Shown one piece after another: positions 1-14,506 of a stretch of DNA of 64,000 nucleotides (positions are counted from its first letter, which is position 1; every line of letters starts with the position of its first letter). This stretch comes from the human T2T-CHM13v2.0 reference genome, Homo sapiens. The notes beneath the pieces were generated by a model that was given only the letters and a program-made list of their open reading frames with translations, was not told the DNA's origin and ran no database searches. The DNA lies in the NCBI RefSeq assembly GCF_009914755.1, contig NC_060947.1. One strand, 5' to 3'. The translations under genes were made by a program, and so were the position numbers.

Positions 1-119
1 GAGACTTGAGTTGTATCCAATTGGAGAAGGCTCTTCCACAAACACTTTATAAATTATATAATTTTCCTTGCTAAGCAGCATTTTGTTTGATTATAATTTC
101 TTTGTTTGGAGTTTGGTAA

Positions 120-215
120 TATGCTCAAGTTCACAGGGTGAGTAAGTGACAGGGCTGGGACTAGACTCCTGTTGTGAATTCTTCTAGAGCCCACACTCTT
201 CATTCTGTTCCTCTC
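120..215 (-). mobile_element. MIR remnant shared by all gene units (paralogs at ~9030-9240, ~15700-15910, ~23430-23645)
   Basis: aagttcaca...gtaagtgacagggctgggactagac...tctagagcccacact repeated at equivalent positions. Confidence 0.7.
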
Positions 216-1381
216 TGCCTGGAGCAGACTTTGTGTTCTTTAATTCACTTTTCTTCTCAATACTTCCAAATATATCTCAGGGGTTAAAAAGAAGGATTCT
301 GTGCCCAAAGAATTGGATTGGAATACATAGCCAAAGCAATAAAGAATATCAAAATAAATGAAAGCTACAAATAAAGAGGAGAAAGAGATATTATTCAGTG
401 ACAATATGATCATCTACATATGCACAGTCAGATAACCTCAAAATCAGGGACCACACAATCATCTTGAACAGCTCCTTCCCCTTAAGAAGTAAATCAATTA
501 AAACAGAAGTCACATAAGAGGCTAGTGCTGGCTATTGAAAAGAGTAAATCAGCATCATTTTTCTCTGACAACCCACCAGCTACCTTGGACTCCCTGCTTT
601 GTGTTATAATTTCTTTACCTCACATTAGCCCTGGGGCACAGACTTGCAAGGTTTGCAGTAGGAACGCTGCCCAAGAGTTTGCAGGGATGTGGCATTTCCC
701 AGGAAGCCTTTATTCAGAGAGGCAAGAGAAAATAAGGAGGACACCCATAAATAAATACTGGAAAGACAACCACACCAAAAGATAACGGGGCAATCTACCC
801 AAACCTCTTCTCAGCCTAGAATGCCCCAGGCAGTGCAGTCAGACTGAGCATCCTCTCTTTTACTACCCTTCAGAGTTCTCAGTGAAGTGAGAGTTTTGAC
901 CTAAGGTGACCTCAGTTAACTAGAGGGAGGATCCAGGGTCTGGCAGATATCAGGGAGGACCTTGAATGAAGAACAGGAGGAGCCAGAACAGTGATGTCCC
1001 ATAGAAACCCGACTCCGCTGTCTGCCCTCACAGGACCCAAACATCCCTGGCCTAATGTGGCTCATCAAAACTTCAGCCTAGATCTCGGAGGACCTTGATC
1101 TGAGCAGGATTCATGGCATGGAATGTGGAGTCCCAGGACTGGCCAGCAGCGAAGTGAGGTTCTTGAGTGAGTAAAAAAGGGAAAACTAAACCCACAAATA
1201 AGGGGACTTCTCGGAGCCCAATCCATATTTTTAACCCTGGAAAGCCCTAGGCAGAGCTATAAAACTGGCTTGCCTCTCATTTCAGCCTGGCGGATCTCAG
1301 GGAGGGGAAGGCTTTGTCTAACAGGGCAGCCTCAGTTCTTCAGAGGTCTCTTGGCCCTAACTAGAGTCAAGATGAAGACCA

Positions 1382-2072
<691 letters not shown>

Positions 2073-2369
2073 ATATGAGGCCCACCGGTGCTAACCAGGG
2101 AACCTCTCTCCAAAAGAAGGGCCCACCAAAAGCCCTAACCCTGTTTCAGGTCTTTGAAGCCCCAGGACATGGTCCGATAACATGCCTAGACTTCCCCTCT
2201 AGGGACTATGGGAGGGGAGGATTTTGGAGGTTGGCGGACTTCGCTCAGTAGAGGTGTTACTCTGCTCCGCTTAGTATCAAGGTGAGAACCCTGAATAAGG
2301 ACCTAGGGACCACTGACTCCAGAACAGTGGGGTCCCAGCGTGTCACCCGCTGCTGTCAGCCCTCGGAGA

Positions 2370-2500
2370 CCCCGAGCGGGGTGTGGCTCAGCCTCACTTC
2401 CGCTTTGAAAGTGAGGCAGTTGGCCTGACGGGTGCAATAGCTTCAGTCAGGTTCGTGGCCTAGCGTGAGTCTTAGAACTGATCCGGAGTAAAGGTAAGAA
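2370..2500 (+). promoter_or_regulatory. MAGEB3: Candidate MAGEB3 promoter/first-exon module
   Basis: gtgtggctcagcctcACTTCCGctttgaa (ETS core 2396-2402) is paralogous to the MAGEB1 promoter at 17490-17517; strong donor AAG|GTAAGA at 2493/2494. Confidence 0.6.
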
Positions 2501-2685
2501 CCCTCAGCGGGGACTGAAGGGACAATCCATGTTTTTAACCCTGGAAAGCCCTAGGCGGAACTATAAAACTGGCTTGCCTCTCATTTCAGCCTGGCGGGTC
2601 TCAGGGAGGGGAAGGCTTTCTCTAACAGGGCAGCCTCAGTTCTTCAGAGGTCTCTTGGCCCTAACTAGAGTCAAGATGAAGACCA

Positions 2686-3812
<1,127 letters not shown>

Positions 3813-6277
3813 TATGAGGCCCACCGGTGCTAACCAGGGAACCTCTCTCCAAAAGAAGGGCCCACCAAAAGCCCTAACCCTGTTTCAGGTCTTTGAAGCC
3901 CCAGGACATGGTCCGATAACATGCCTAGACTTCCCCTCTAGGGACTATGGGAGGGGAGGATTTTGGAGGTTGGCGGACTTCGCTCAGTAGAGGTGTTACT
4001 CTGCTCCGCTTAGTAACAAGGTGAGAACCCTGAATAAGGACCTAGGGACCACTGACTCCAGAACAGTGGGGTCCCAGCGTGTCACCCCCTGCTGTCAGCC
4101 CTCGGAGACCCAGAGCGGGACGTGTCTCACCCTCACAACTCCCTGCCCCTTACAAAAGGGGACCCACACGTCTCACCCTTGTGGTTGACCCTGGGAGGTC
4201 CTGGTTGAGTTCTGTCTGGAAAGGCACCCAGAGGGAGGGTCTTTCACTAAGGGAGCAGCCCCAGTTATTCAGTTGGCGGGGACCTGGACCCTAACTGGAG
4301 CCAAGGTGAAGTCTCCGAGTGCTAAAGGATGGGATCTGTTCCCAGTAGGGGCGTCAACAGAAAGCAGCAGCAGCCCTACTGGTTAGCATCCTCCTGGTTA
4401 GCACCAGTGGTCCTTGTCTTTTTTATTTATTTTTATTTTTTTTCAGACAAGGTCTCACTGCTGCTAGCCAGTTTAGAAGGCTCCAGACAAGTGTAGTCAT
4501 AAGCGGAGGCCCTGACTTCCCCATCCAGGGAGGGAAGTGTTCAGGGAGATGAGGGTTTTGTTTGGAGGTTGGCGAACTCAGGTCAGTAGAGGGAGAAATT
4601 TCAGGCTGTGATAAGATACCAAGGTGAAGACCCTGAATGAGAATCTAGGGACCAGCAACTCCAAAACAGTGAAGTCTCATAGAGTTCCACCCGTGTTGTC
4701 AGCCATCAGACCCCAGGAAGCTGTGAACAGATAAGGCTCTTCCTCACTTCCTTGGAAGTGCTTTGAAGGGGAGGATCTGGAGGCGAGGGGCACGGGATCT
4801 CTTCGGCAGAGGGTGAATTCCTTGGACTGTCTGGAGTCAAGGTCAGGACCCTGAATGTGCATGAAAGGGACCACCATCCCCCAACCTGTAACAAAGAGGG
4901 CCACACTAAATCCTGCCCCGGAAGTCTTCCCTGGGAATACCTTGAAAGCTGTCTGACAGATATCTACCTGGAAAGTCTCAGGGAGGGAAGGGCCTTGGTC
5001 TAAGAAAGTAGCCCCAGTTCAGCAGGTGGAAGAGAGACTTGGGTCCTAACTGGAGTCAAGGTGAGGGCCCTGAGTGCTAATGAAGCAATCTCTCTGCAAT
5101 AGAGGTGTCAACACAAACAATGTCCTTGCACTCATTTTGCAACCTCCAGGCAAAGGTATTCATAGGTGAGGGGTCCCTGACTTCCCTGTCTAGGGTCTTG
5201 TTCTGAGGCTGGAGGACTTAGGTTAATGGAGGGAAGTGTCCCACATCCTACTAAGAGTCAAGGTCAGAGACCTGAGAGAAAACTAAAGGGAACACTCTCT
5301 CTAAAAAGTAGAGTCCCACAAATTGTGCCTCTTCTCTCAGCTCCAGGAAGCCTTGGAATAACGTCAGCCCCCCTTACTGCCTAGAGAGTGCCAGAAAGGT
5401 TGAACTAATTACATGCCCCAGTTCTGCAGAGGGAAGAGTGAGGAGACCCAGAGCCTTACAGGGGTCACAGTGAGGACCCTGAATGAAGACTAGTGATACA
5501 ACTCCTCCCACATAAAGAAGAGACAACAAAGATTCCCCCACTCCCCACTTGCAGCGCTGATGAGGCTGGGCATGGAGGTCAGGTGTATGTGAACTCACCT
5601 TCTTTTAATGGCATTAGGTTGCTGAGAGCCTTTATCTAAAGTGAGGGGCATCAGAGCAGCAGAGGCAGCTGTCCTAGGTCCTATCTAGAGACAAGATGAG
5701 GACTATGAATGAGGTGTCAGGACTCCAATAAGCCCAGGAAAGAGTAGGACTCCACAATGCTGTTAGCACCCAGTTCCTCCTGTCAGGGGTGGTAAGGCTG
5801 AGACATTCCTTCACCTCCTCTTAGGTGGTCCCAAGGAGATGAGGACATTTGCTGGAGGTGTCAAATTTAGTGCAGCACAGGGGAGAAGACCCAGCCCTGA
5901 CAGTTTTTATGATGGTCCTGAGTGTGAACTGAGAGAAACCTCCTACCCCAGAGTAAAAGGAGATCCACAAGGACTAGACATGCCACGGCTGCTCTCAGTC
6001 CCAGTATACACAGAACAGGGCTGGCAGGCTGTGGCCTAAGGCACACTTTAATTACTTTCACAGGGTTCTCAGAGGACAAACTGATCAGAACAGAAGCCCT
6101 CTGGGTTTCCAGAGCAGTGCTCTCACAGAAAACTGCAGAGGCGACCTTCTTTTAAATCCAAAGTGGTACCTCTCTGCTGAAGGCACTCATACCCTCTCTT
6201 TCTCTCTCTCCTCCAGGTGCCTGTATCACCTGCCCTTCTGCTGACACTCCTGCCTGCTGTTCCTGACTACAGCCATC

Positions 6278-7318
6278 ATGCCTCGGGGTCAGAAGAGTAC
6301 GCTCCATGCACGTGAGAAACGCCAGCAGACCCGGGGTCAGACCCAGGATCACCAGGGTGCTCAGATCACTGCAACTAACAAGAAAAAAGTATCCTTTTCA
6401 TCCCCTCTTATTTTGGGGGCTACTATCCAGAAAAAGTCTGCTGGTAGGTCACGTAGTGCTCTCAAGAAGCCTCAGAGAGCACTATCCACCACTACATCTG
6501 TAGATGTTTCTTACAAAAAGTCATACAAGGGAGCCAACAGCAAAATTGAGAAAAAGCAAAGCTTCTCTCAGGGTCTATCCTCCACTGTGCAGTCTCGCAC
6601 AGACCCTCTAACCATGAAGACAAATATGTTGGTGCAGTTCCTGATGGAAATGTACAAGATGAAAAAGCCCATTATGAAAGCAGATATGCTAAAAATTGTC
6701 CAAAAAAGCCATAAGAATTGCTTCCCTGAGATCCTTAAAAAAGCTTCTTTCAACATGGAGGTGGTATTTGGTGTTGATTTAAAGAAAGTTGATTCTACCA
6801 AGGACTCCTATGTCCTTGTCAGCAAAATGGATCTCCCCAACAATGGGACAGTGACTCGTGGGAGGGGATTTCCCAAGACAGGTCTCCTGCTGAATCTCCT
6901 GGGCGTGATCTTCATGAAGGGCAACTGTGCCACTGAGGAGAAGATCTGGGAATTCCTGAATAAGATGAGAATATATGATGGGAAGAAACACTTCATATTT
7001 GGGGAGCCCAGAAAGCTCATCACCCAAGATTTGGTGAAGCTTAAATACCTGGAGTACCGACAAGTGCCCAACAGTAATCCTGCACGCTATGAATTCCTGT
7101 GGGGTCCAAGAGCCCATGCTGAAACCAGCAAGATGAAGGTCCTGGAGTTTTGGGCCAAGGTCAATAAAACTGTCCCCAGTGCGTTCCAGTTCTGGTATGA
7201 AGAGGCTTTGAGAGATGAGGAAGAAAGAGTCCAAGCTGCAGCTATGCTCAATGATGGCAGTAGTGCCATGGGCAGAAAGTGTTCCAAGGCCAAGGCTAGC
7301 AGCTCTTCCCACGCCTAG
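6278..7318 (+). CDS. MAGEB3: Melanoma-associated antigen B3 (346 aa, MAGE homology domain), single coding exon
   Basis: ORF starts MPRGQKSTLHAREKRQQTRGQ and contains MAGE-domain motifs (FPKTGLL, IFGEPRKLIT, YEFLWGPRAHAETSKMKVLEF). Start context gccatcATG. Polypyrimidine/acceptor ctctctctcctccag|g at 6216/6217. Protein matches my recollection of human MAGEB3. Confidence 0.95.
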   Translation: MPRGQKSTLHAREKRQQTRGQTQDHQGAQITATNKKKVSFSSPLILGATIQKKSAGRSRSALKKPQRALSTTTSVDVSYKKSYKGANSKIEKKQSFSQGLSSTVQSRTDPLTMKTNMLVQFLMEMYKMKKPIMKADMLKIVQKSHKNCFPEILKKASFNMEVVFGVDLKKVDSTKDSYVLVSKMDLPNNGTVTRGRGFPKTGLLLNLLGVIFMKGNCATEEKIWEFLNKMRIYDGKKHFIFGEPRKLITQDLVKLKYLEYRQVPNSNPARYEFLWGPRAHAETSKMKVLEFWAKVNKTVPSAFQFWYEEALRDEEERVQAAAMLNDGSSAMGRKCSKAKASSSSHA

Positions 7319-7822
7319 TGAAGTTGAAGCAAATTTTGCATTTTGTGGTTAAAGAGGGCAGTCACTGTTCCAAGGAGTGAAGGACTGGGTGTTACTGGAG
7401 GGAACACACTGTATAATACCTTTTGTTTCTGTTCTAAATGGATAATTTGAAGTTTTATCTGTATTTTGGGGCATATTTTTCAAATGTTCCTTTTATTTAA
7501 CATTGTAATCTAAGTTTAGGATTGATACTGGTCACATTTGTTGTTTAAGAGTAAAAATTTTGCTGTTTTGTAAAACAGATTGAGAAAAATTCGATCTTAT
7601 TTAGTGATCTGTTGCAAGATAACTTGGAATTAGAATAAGCATTTCCTTGAAAATGTTTAAAAAAAAAAAGTCAGCAGTAAAATGTATGGCATTAAGAAAT
7701 AGAGAAAGAGTGTAAGATGGTCAATATTTGGTTTCCTAAATGCTTTTACTCTGTGTTTTAAGAAAATGAAAGATAAATAACCATATATGTCTGGCTTACT
7801 TAAGAATGTAGAATTAAATCAT

Positions 7823-7828
7823 AATAAA
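7823..7828 (+). terminator. MAGEB3: Poly(A) signal of MAGEB3
   Basis: AATAAA (with ATTAAA at 7813) at the position paralogous to the MAGEB1 signal, just before an L2 remnant. Confidence 0.65.
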
Positions 7829-7844
7829 TTAGACCTCATGCTGA

Positions 7845-8358
<514 letters not shown>

Positions 8359-9829
8359 AGAAGTTGCCTCTCAGAGGTGCGAGACAAAGCTTGGAATAGG
8401 AAACAGTTCTTAACAGTTACTTTGGGATCATGGATAAATCAGGGAGAATCTGGGGTAGGAATGTGTCCTGTGCTCTTGTCCCAGTACAAATAAACACAGC
8501 ACACACTAGGTGTTTTGTGCACATCATCTCCAGCCAGTTTCTGAGAAATAAGGGTAATACCCTCAAGGGACGGGGGAGGCCCAGAAGCCACTGTGCTGGT
8601 ACTCTTTGCCCTGGGCTGGGGGATCCAGAGCCTGTTCCATTAAAAGCGCATTCAATTAGGTTACCTCATTTGTGATTTGGCAAACTCTAGGCAAGGTCTA
8701 GATTTTGAGAGGTGGTTAAATGAATCAAAATAAAAGTGGTTTAGATGGAAGGATAGCTGAGAGAGAGGGAAGTTTTTGGTCCTTGAAACTCATTTTAGAA
8801 TCTGTGTTGCATCTACTGAGGAAGTCTACCTCATACTAATATTGAATGATCTATCAAGTAATGAGGAAATATTATTTAGTTTTCCTTTCTAGGTAGCACT
8901 TTGTCTGATAGGGCTTTCTTTGTCTTAGAATATGGTATAATCTCTGACATCTCCTGCATTGAAAAATAAGTCCCAGTGTAGTAGATTGCAACGTCAGGGT
9001 ACAAATTAATCATAATAAGAACTGGCACTATTATATGTCTCAATACATCTCAAGCACTTTACATACATTGTATACATTTTACCAGTCCTACAAAACAGAG
9101 CTTATCAAACCCACTTCACAGATAAAAAGCCTGAAGCCCACAGTCTATTAATATGTCCAATTTCACATGGCTGGTAAGTGACAGGACTGGGACAAGACCC
9201 CCAGTCTGAATTAGTGTAAAGCACACTCTGTTCCATGCCTCCCAACCTGAGACTGACTGTGTCCCCTTATTCACTTTTCTTCTCACTACTCCCAAACGTA
9301 TATCAAGTGATGAAAAGATTCTGTACCCAATCTGCTGGACTGAAATACAGAACCAGAGCAAGGAAATTACCAAAATGGTCAAGAGGTGTGAATTAAGGAG
9401 AGAAAGATAATATTTGGTGACAATAAGATTACACATGCAAAGTCAGATAAACTCAAAAGATCATGGGGTCACATTCTGTCATTCTGGACTGTCCCCCTTT
9501 TTATAGGAAGTTAAATCTTTTCCAAGAGAAATACATAAGAGGGTAGTAAAGAGAAGAAATAGATCAATGTTTTTTTTTTTTTTTTTTTTCTCTGACAGTA
9601 TGACTTCTATCCTCGGGCTTCTGCCTTGTGTTACAGCTTCCCTATCTTATATCACTCCTGGGACAGGGATGCATTGTCTGCAAGATTTATTATAGGGAAA
9701 CTGATCAAGAATTTTTAGGGATGCGGCATTTCCCAGGAAGTCATTAACTAAGGGACAAGAGCCAAGATAAAGACCTTCATATAGGAGGACTCAGCAGAAC
9801 AACATGCCAGACAGAGTTCTTAGCCTGAG

Positions 9830-12240
9830 CATCTCCTCACTTATTCTTCAAGGTTCTCAGGGACTTGTGAGTTCCTGCATCTCGGGTCAGTAGAGGGAGG
9901 AGTGCCATTCTCTGACACATACCAAGTTGAGGACCCTGAATGAAGAATGAGGGAAGCACTCACCCAAATAGCCTTAACAGGATGTGGCTGAACCTGATTT
10001 CTACTCCGGAGGTCTTAAGAAGGTAAAGACCATGATCTGAGGCTGGCTGACTCAGGTCCATAGAGGAAGGATTCCTAATGTGTGCCAGGAGTAAAGTGAG
10101 TACCCTGAAGAGTGCAGGAACCACCAAACCCCTATCAGTGGGGATCCCACAGAATCCTCCCTATTGTCACCTCTGAGAGATTTAGGCATGAATGTCAGAA
10201 AGAGGCACCCTCATATCCTCAGTAGTAACAGAGAAGTGAAGGTCTTGTTCTGAGGTGGGCAATCCCAGCTCAGCAAAGGGAGGAATATTAAGCCTTCCTG
10301 TGAGTGAGATTTAGGATCCTGAGTTAGGACCTGAGTAGGACAATCCACCATAAGACCTCAACCTGTCTACCACAGCTGCCACTCTTGGGAGACCATGGTC
10401 AGCTGTGGCCAGATAAGGCCACCCTCTTCCTCCTATCTGATCTCAGGGAGGTGCAGGCCTTTTAAATGGAGAGGTCTTCAGGTCAAAAAAGAGGGGAGCC
10501 CTAGGATCTGCTAGGAGCCAAATCAAGGAAACCGAGTGAGAACTGAGGGGACTGCTCACCTCTGAATAGAGAGAGCAACAGAGTCCACCCCCCTGCATAA
10601 CTCTTAAATTGCCAGGGCAACATGTAAGGCTGAGGACTCACCATCACTTTTTTTTTTTAATAATTGACCTTCTTTTTTAGAATAGTTTTACGTTCACAGC
10701 AAAACTGAGCAGAAAGGAGAGTCTCACAGGCATCCTGTCCTCCCACAGACACAGCCTCCTTCATATCAACCTCCCAAGCCAGGGTGATACATTTGTTACA
10801 ATTGAGAATACATGGACACATCATTATCACCCAATGTCCGTAGTTTAGGATTCATTCCTGTTGCTGCACATTCTGTGGTTTTAATATTTAAAAATGTATA
10901 ATGACATATGTTTACCACCATAGAATCATCCAGAATTGTTTTACTGCCTTAAAAGTTCTCTGTGCCTGATCTATTTATCTCTCACTCTCCCCAACCTTTG
11001 GAAACCACTGAACTTTGTACTGTTTCCATACTTTTGCCTTTTCCAGAATGTCATATAGATGGAATTATGCAATGTATAGACTTTTCAAATTGGCTTCTTT
11101 CACTTTGTAATATGTATCTAAGTTTCATCCATGTCTCTTTGTGGCTTGATAGTTCATTCCCTTTTAGTGCTGAATAATATTTTATTCTGTTAATTTATCC
11201 ACTCTCCTTCTGAAGGACATATTGCTTGCTTCCCAGTTTGGGCAATTATGAATAAAGCTACTATAAACATTTGTGTGCAGGTTTTTTTTGTGGACATACC
11301 GTTTTCAACTCATCTGGCTAAATAACAAGGAGCGCACTTGCTAGATCATATGATGAAAGTATGCATAGCTTTGTAAGAAACTTACAAACTGTCTTCAAAA
11401 GTGGCTGTATCATTTTTCATGTCCACCAGCAATGACAGTGTGCTCCTGTTGCTCCACATCCTCATCAGTATTTGGGGTTATCAGGGTTTTTGATTTTGAC
11501 CATTCTTATAGGTATGTAGTGGTATCACATTATTGTTTTAATTTGCAAGTCTCTAATGATATGTGATGTTGACCATCATTTCATGTACGTATTTGCCTTC
11601 CATATATATTATTTGTTGAGGTGCCTGTTTAGATCTTTTGTCCATTTTTAATAGGGTTGGTCAGTTCTTATTGTTCAGTTTTAAGACATTTTTGTATGTT
11701 TTGGTTAACAGTCCCTTATCAGATATGTCTTTTGAAAATAATTTTTTCCCAACCTGGGAGTTATCTTATTCTCTTTGTGGTATCTTTAGCAGAGCAGAAG
11801 TTTTAATTTAGCGAAGTCCAGATTATCAATTATTTTCTTTCATAGATGCCCATCACATTTTATACCAGAACTAGAAAAGATGAAATTCTTGGTCTGAAGT
11901 TGCAGTTATCAGTCAGCAGAAGAGACAGTCCACAACCCTGCTTGGAGTCCAGATGAGGATCCTGAGTGCAAACTTGGGACCTAAAGAGCCCAGGACAGAG
12001 AGAGCACTAAATGCTTCTAGGCAGGGGTGGTGGGTTGAGGGGCCCCTAGACTTCCCTCATCTGGGTCCCAGAAAACTAAAGAGTCAATTTCACAACACCA
12101 ATAGAGGGAGGCTCAGGCCCTGCCAAGAGCTGACATGATAATTCTAAAGGTAATCAGAGTGGATCCTCTCCAAGCCAGAACACAGAAAGCCCCACTGCGA
12201 GCCTTGTTGTCACCCAGTCAGCCCCAGGCAGGGTTGGCAA
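9830..12240 (+). repeat. Degenerate ~210-bp module array (MAGEB4 unit), split by an L1
   Basis: Module cores near 9922, 10090, 10305, 10516, 11945, 12128. Confidence 0.7.
10648..11848 (-). mobile_element. L1M-family 3' fragment
   Basis: Poly-T start, L1 3'UTR/ORF2-end sequence in antisense (aaataacaaggagcgcacttgctagatcatatg; gttgctccacatcctcatcag), TSD-like ccatcac(a)tttt on both sides. Confidence 0.85.
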
Positions 12241-12486
12241 GCTGCAGCCTAAGGCACATTGTAACTTCCTCAGCTGGCTTCTCAGGGGACAGAATGACTA
12301 AGAACAATAGCCCAGTGAATACTTAGAGCAGTGTTCTCAAGGAATCCTGCAGAGGCGGCTTCTGAAAAGCCAAGGTAGTATCTGCCTGCTGAAGGTGTTC
12401 TCAGGATTTCATTTGCTCTTCTCCAGGAACCACATCACCTGCCCTTCTGCCTACACTCCTGCCTGCTGTGCCTAACCACAGCCATC

Positions 12487-13527
12487 ATGCCTCGGGGTCA
12501 GAAGAGTAAGCTCCGTGCCCGTGAGAAACGCCAGCGGACCCGTGGTCAGACCCAGGATCTCAAGGTTGGTCAGCCTACTGCAGCAGAGAAAGAAGAGTCT
12601 CCTTCCTCTTCCTCATCTGTTTTGAGGGATACTGCCTCCAGCTCCCTTGCTTTTGGCATTCCCCAGGAGCCTCAGAGAGAGCCACCCACCACCTCTGCTG
12701 CTGCAGCTATGTCATGCACTGGATCTGATAAAGGCGACGAGAGCCAAGATGAGGAAAATGCAAGTTCCTCCCAGGCCTCAACATCCACTGAGAGATCACT
12801 CAAAGATTCTCTAACCAGGAAGACGAAGATGTTAGTGCAGTTCCTGCTGTACAAGTATAAAATGAAAGAGCCCACTACAAAGGCAGAAATGCTGAAGATC
12901 ATCAGCAAAAAGTACAAGGAGCACTTCCCTGAGATCTTCAGGAAAGTCTCTCAGCGCACGGAGCTGGTCTTTGGCCTTGCCTTGAAGGAGGTCAACCCCA
13001 CCACTCACTCCTACATCCTCGTCAGCATGCTAGGCCCCAACGATGGAAACCAGAGCAGTGCCTGGACCCTTCCAAGGAATGGGCTTCTGATGCCTCTACT
13101 GAGTGTGATCTTCTTAAATGGCAACTGTGCCCGTGAAGAGGAAATCTGGGAATTCCTGAATATGCTGGGGATCTATGATGGAAAGAGGCACCTTATCTTT
13201 GGGGAACCCCGAAAGCTCATCACCCAAGATCTGGTGCAGGAAAAATATCTGGAATACCAGCAGGTGCCCAACAGTGATCCCCCACGCTATCAATTCCTGT
13301 GGGGTCCAAGAGCTCATGCAGAAACCAGCAAGATGAAAGTCCTGGAGTTTTTGGCCAAGGTGAATGACACCACCCCCAATAACTTCCCACTCCTTTATGA
13401 AGAGGCTTTGAGAGATGAAGAAGAGAGAGCTGGAGCCCGGCCCAGAGTTGCAGCCAGGCGTGGCACTACAGCCATGACTAGTGCGTATTCCAGGGCCACA
13501 TCCAGTAGCTCTTCCCAACCCATGTGA
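12487..13527 (+). CDS. MAGEB4: Melanoma-associated antigen B4 (346 aa)
   Basis: ORF MPRGQKSKLRAREKRQRTRGQTQDLKVGQ...SSSSSQPM with full MAGE domain. Start context gccatcATG; acceptor-like ctcttctccag|g at 12426/12427. Matches recalled MAGEB4. Confidence 0.95.
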   Translation: MPRGQKSKLRAREKRQRTRGQTQDLKVGQPTAAEKEESPSSSSSVLRDTASSSLAFGIPQEPQREPPTTSAAAAMSCTGSDKGDESQDEENASSSQASTSTERSLKDSLTRKTKMLVQFLLYKYKMKEPTTKAEMLKIISKKYKEHFPEIFRKVSQRTELVFGLALKEVNPTTHSYILVSMLGPNDGNQSSAWTLPRNGLLMPLLSVIFLNGNCAREEEIWEFLNMLGIYDGKRHLIFGEPRKLITQDLVQEKYLEYQQVPNSDPPRYQFLWGPRAHAETSKMKVLEFLAKVNDTTPNNFPLLYEEALRDEEERAGARPRVAARRGTTAMTSAYSRATSSSSSQPM

Positions 13528-14080
13528 GATCTAAGGCAAATTGTTCACTTTGTGGTTGAAAGACCTGCTGCTTTCTCTGTTCCTGTGATGCATGAATAAC
13601 TCATTGATTTATCTCTTTGTTGTATTTTCCATGATGTTTCTTAAAATAGAAAGTTTATTTAGATTCAGAATATAAATTTAGAAATGGCATGCATCACACA
13701 TTTATTGCTGTTTATCAGGTTGGTTTAGTGATAATAATTTTGTTTTTGAAATACAAATAGAAAATCCTGAAATAATTTTTGTGATACAGAGCAAAATAAC
13801 ACGGCATGGGAGTAAGGTTATCCTTAGAAATTTAAAATAACTCCACAGTAAAATAGGTAGAATCTGAAGATAGAAAGGGAAGAAAAGTAAAAGTTGCTTT
13901 ATTCGTGGTTTGTCTTACTCAGTTCAGTCTTTTTTTGCTCATAAATTTAAAAGTTACATACCTGGTTTGCTTAGATTATTCAAGAATGTGGAGGCCTGGG
14001 CCAAGGTCAATGACAGTGTCTCCATTGTCTTCCCTCCATTAAGAGAAGACTTTAAGAGATGAGGGAGAGAGAGCCAGAGA

Positions 14081-14153
14081 CAGTGTTGCAACTGGGCCTG
14101 GCATGTTTCAGTGTGGTGTCCAGCAGTGTCTCCCACTCCTTGTGAAGTCTGAG
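14081..14153 (+). other. MAGEB1: MAGEB1 upstream non-coding exon 1 (5' boundary uncertain)
   Basis: Donor GAG|GTATAT at 14153/14154. Sequence agtgttgcaactgggcctggcatg...gaagtctgag matches my recollection of the 5' end of the long MAGEB1 mRNA. Confidence 0.7.
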
Positions 14154-14500
14154 GTATATTCTTTACTTTTGATTAAGAAAACACTTAACCTTCTAATTAA
14201 TGGAGAGCCAAAGGGGAGTTGGTGGGAACACCATGTATAACATATTTGTATGTAAAATGATTTATCTTTTCTTTTTCCTGTTTTTCAGTGTTCTTTTTTT
14301 AAATTGTAGATTTATTTAGTTTCAGAATCTAAGTTTATGAATGGCATGAATCACTCATTTATTAAAATATATCAGGTTGGAGAGTGAGAATTTTTGCATT
14401 ATGTAAAACAATTTAAAAATCTTTTAAGTCTTTTTCTGTGATCTAGAACAAGATAATATGGCATTGGAATATGGAATTTGTGAAAAGGAAATTACCTTGC

Positions 14501-14506
14501 AATAAA
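14501..14506 (+). terminator. MAGEB4: Likely poly(A) signal used by MAGEB4 (inside the MAGE remnant 3'UTR)
   Basis: First AATAAA I can find downstream of the MAGEB4 stop; consistent with the recalled annotation that MAGEB4 ends in MAGEB1 intron 1. Confidence 0.6.

Noticed and set aside
6064-6165. Small MAGE-A-type penultimate exon before the MAGEB3 coding exon
   Set aside because: An acceptor (ttcacag|g) is present, but the MAGE-A-type donor is degenerate (gcagaggcg), so the exon cannot be delimited from sequence alone.
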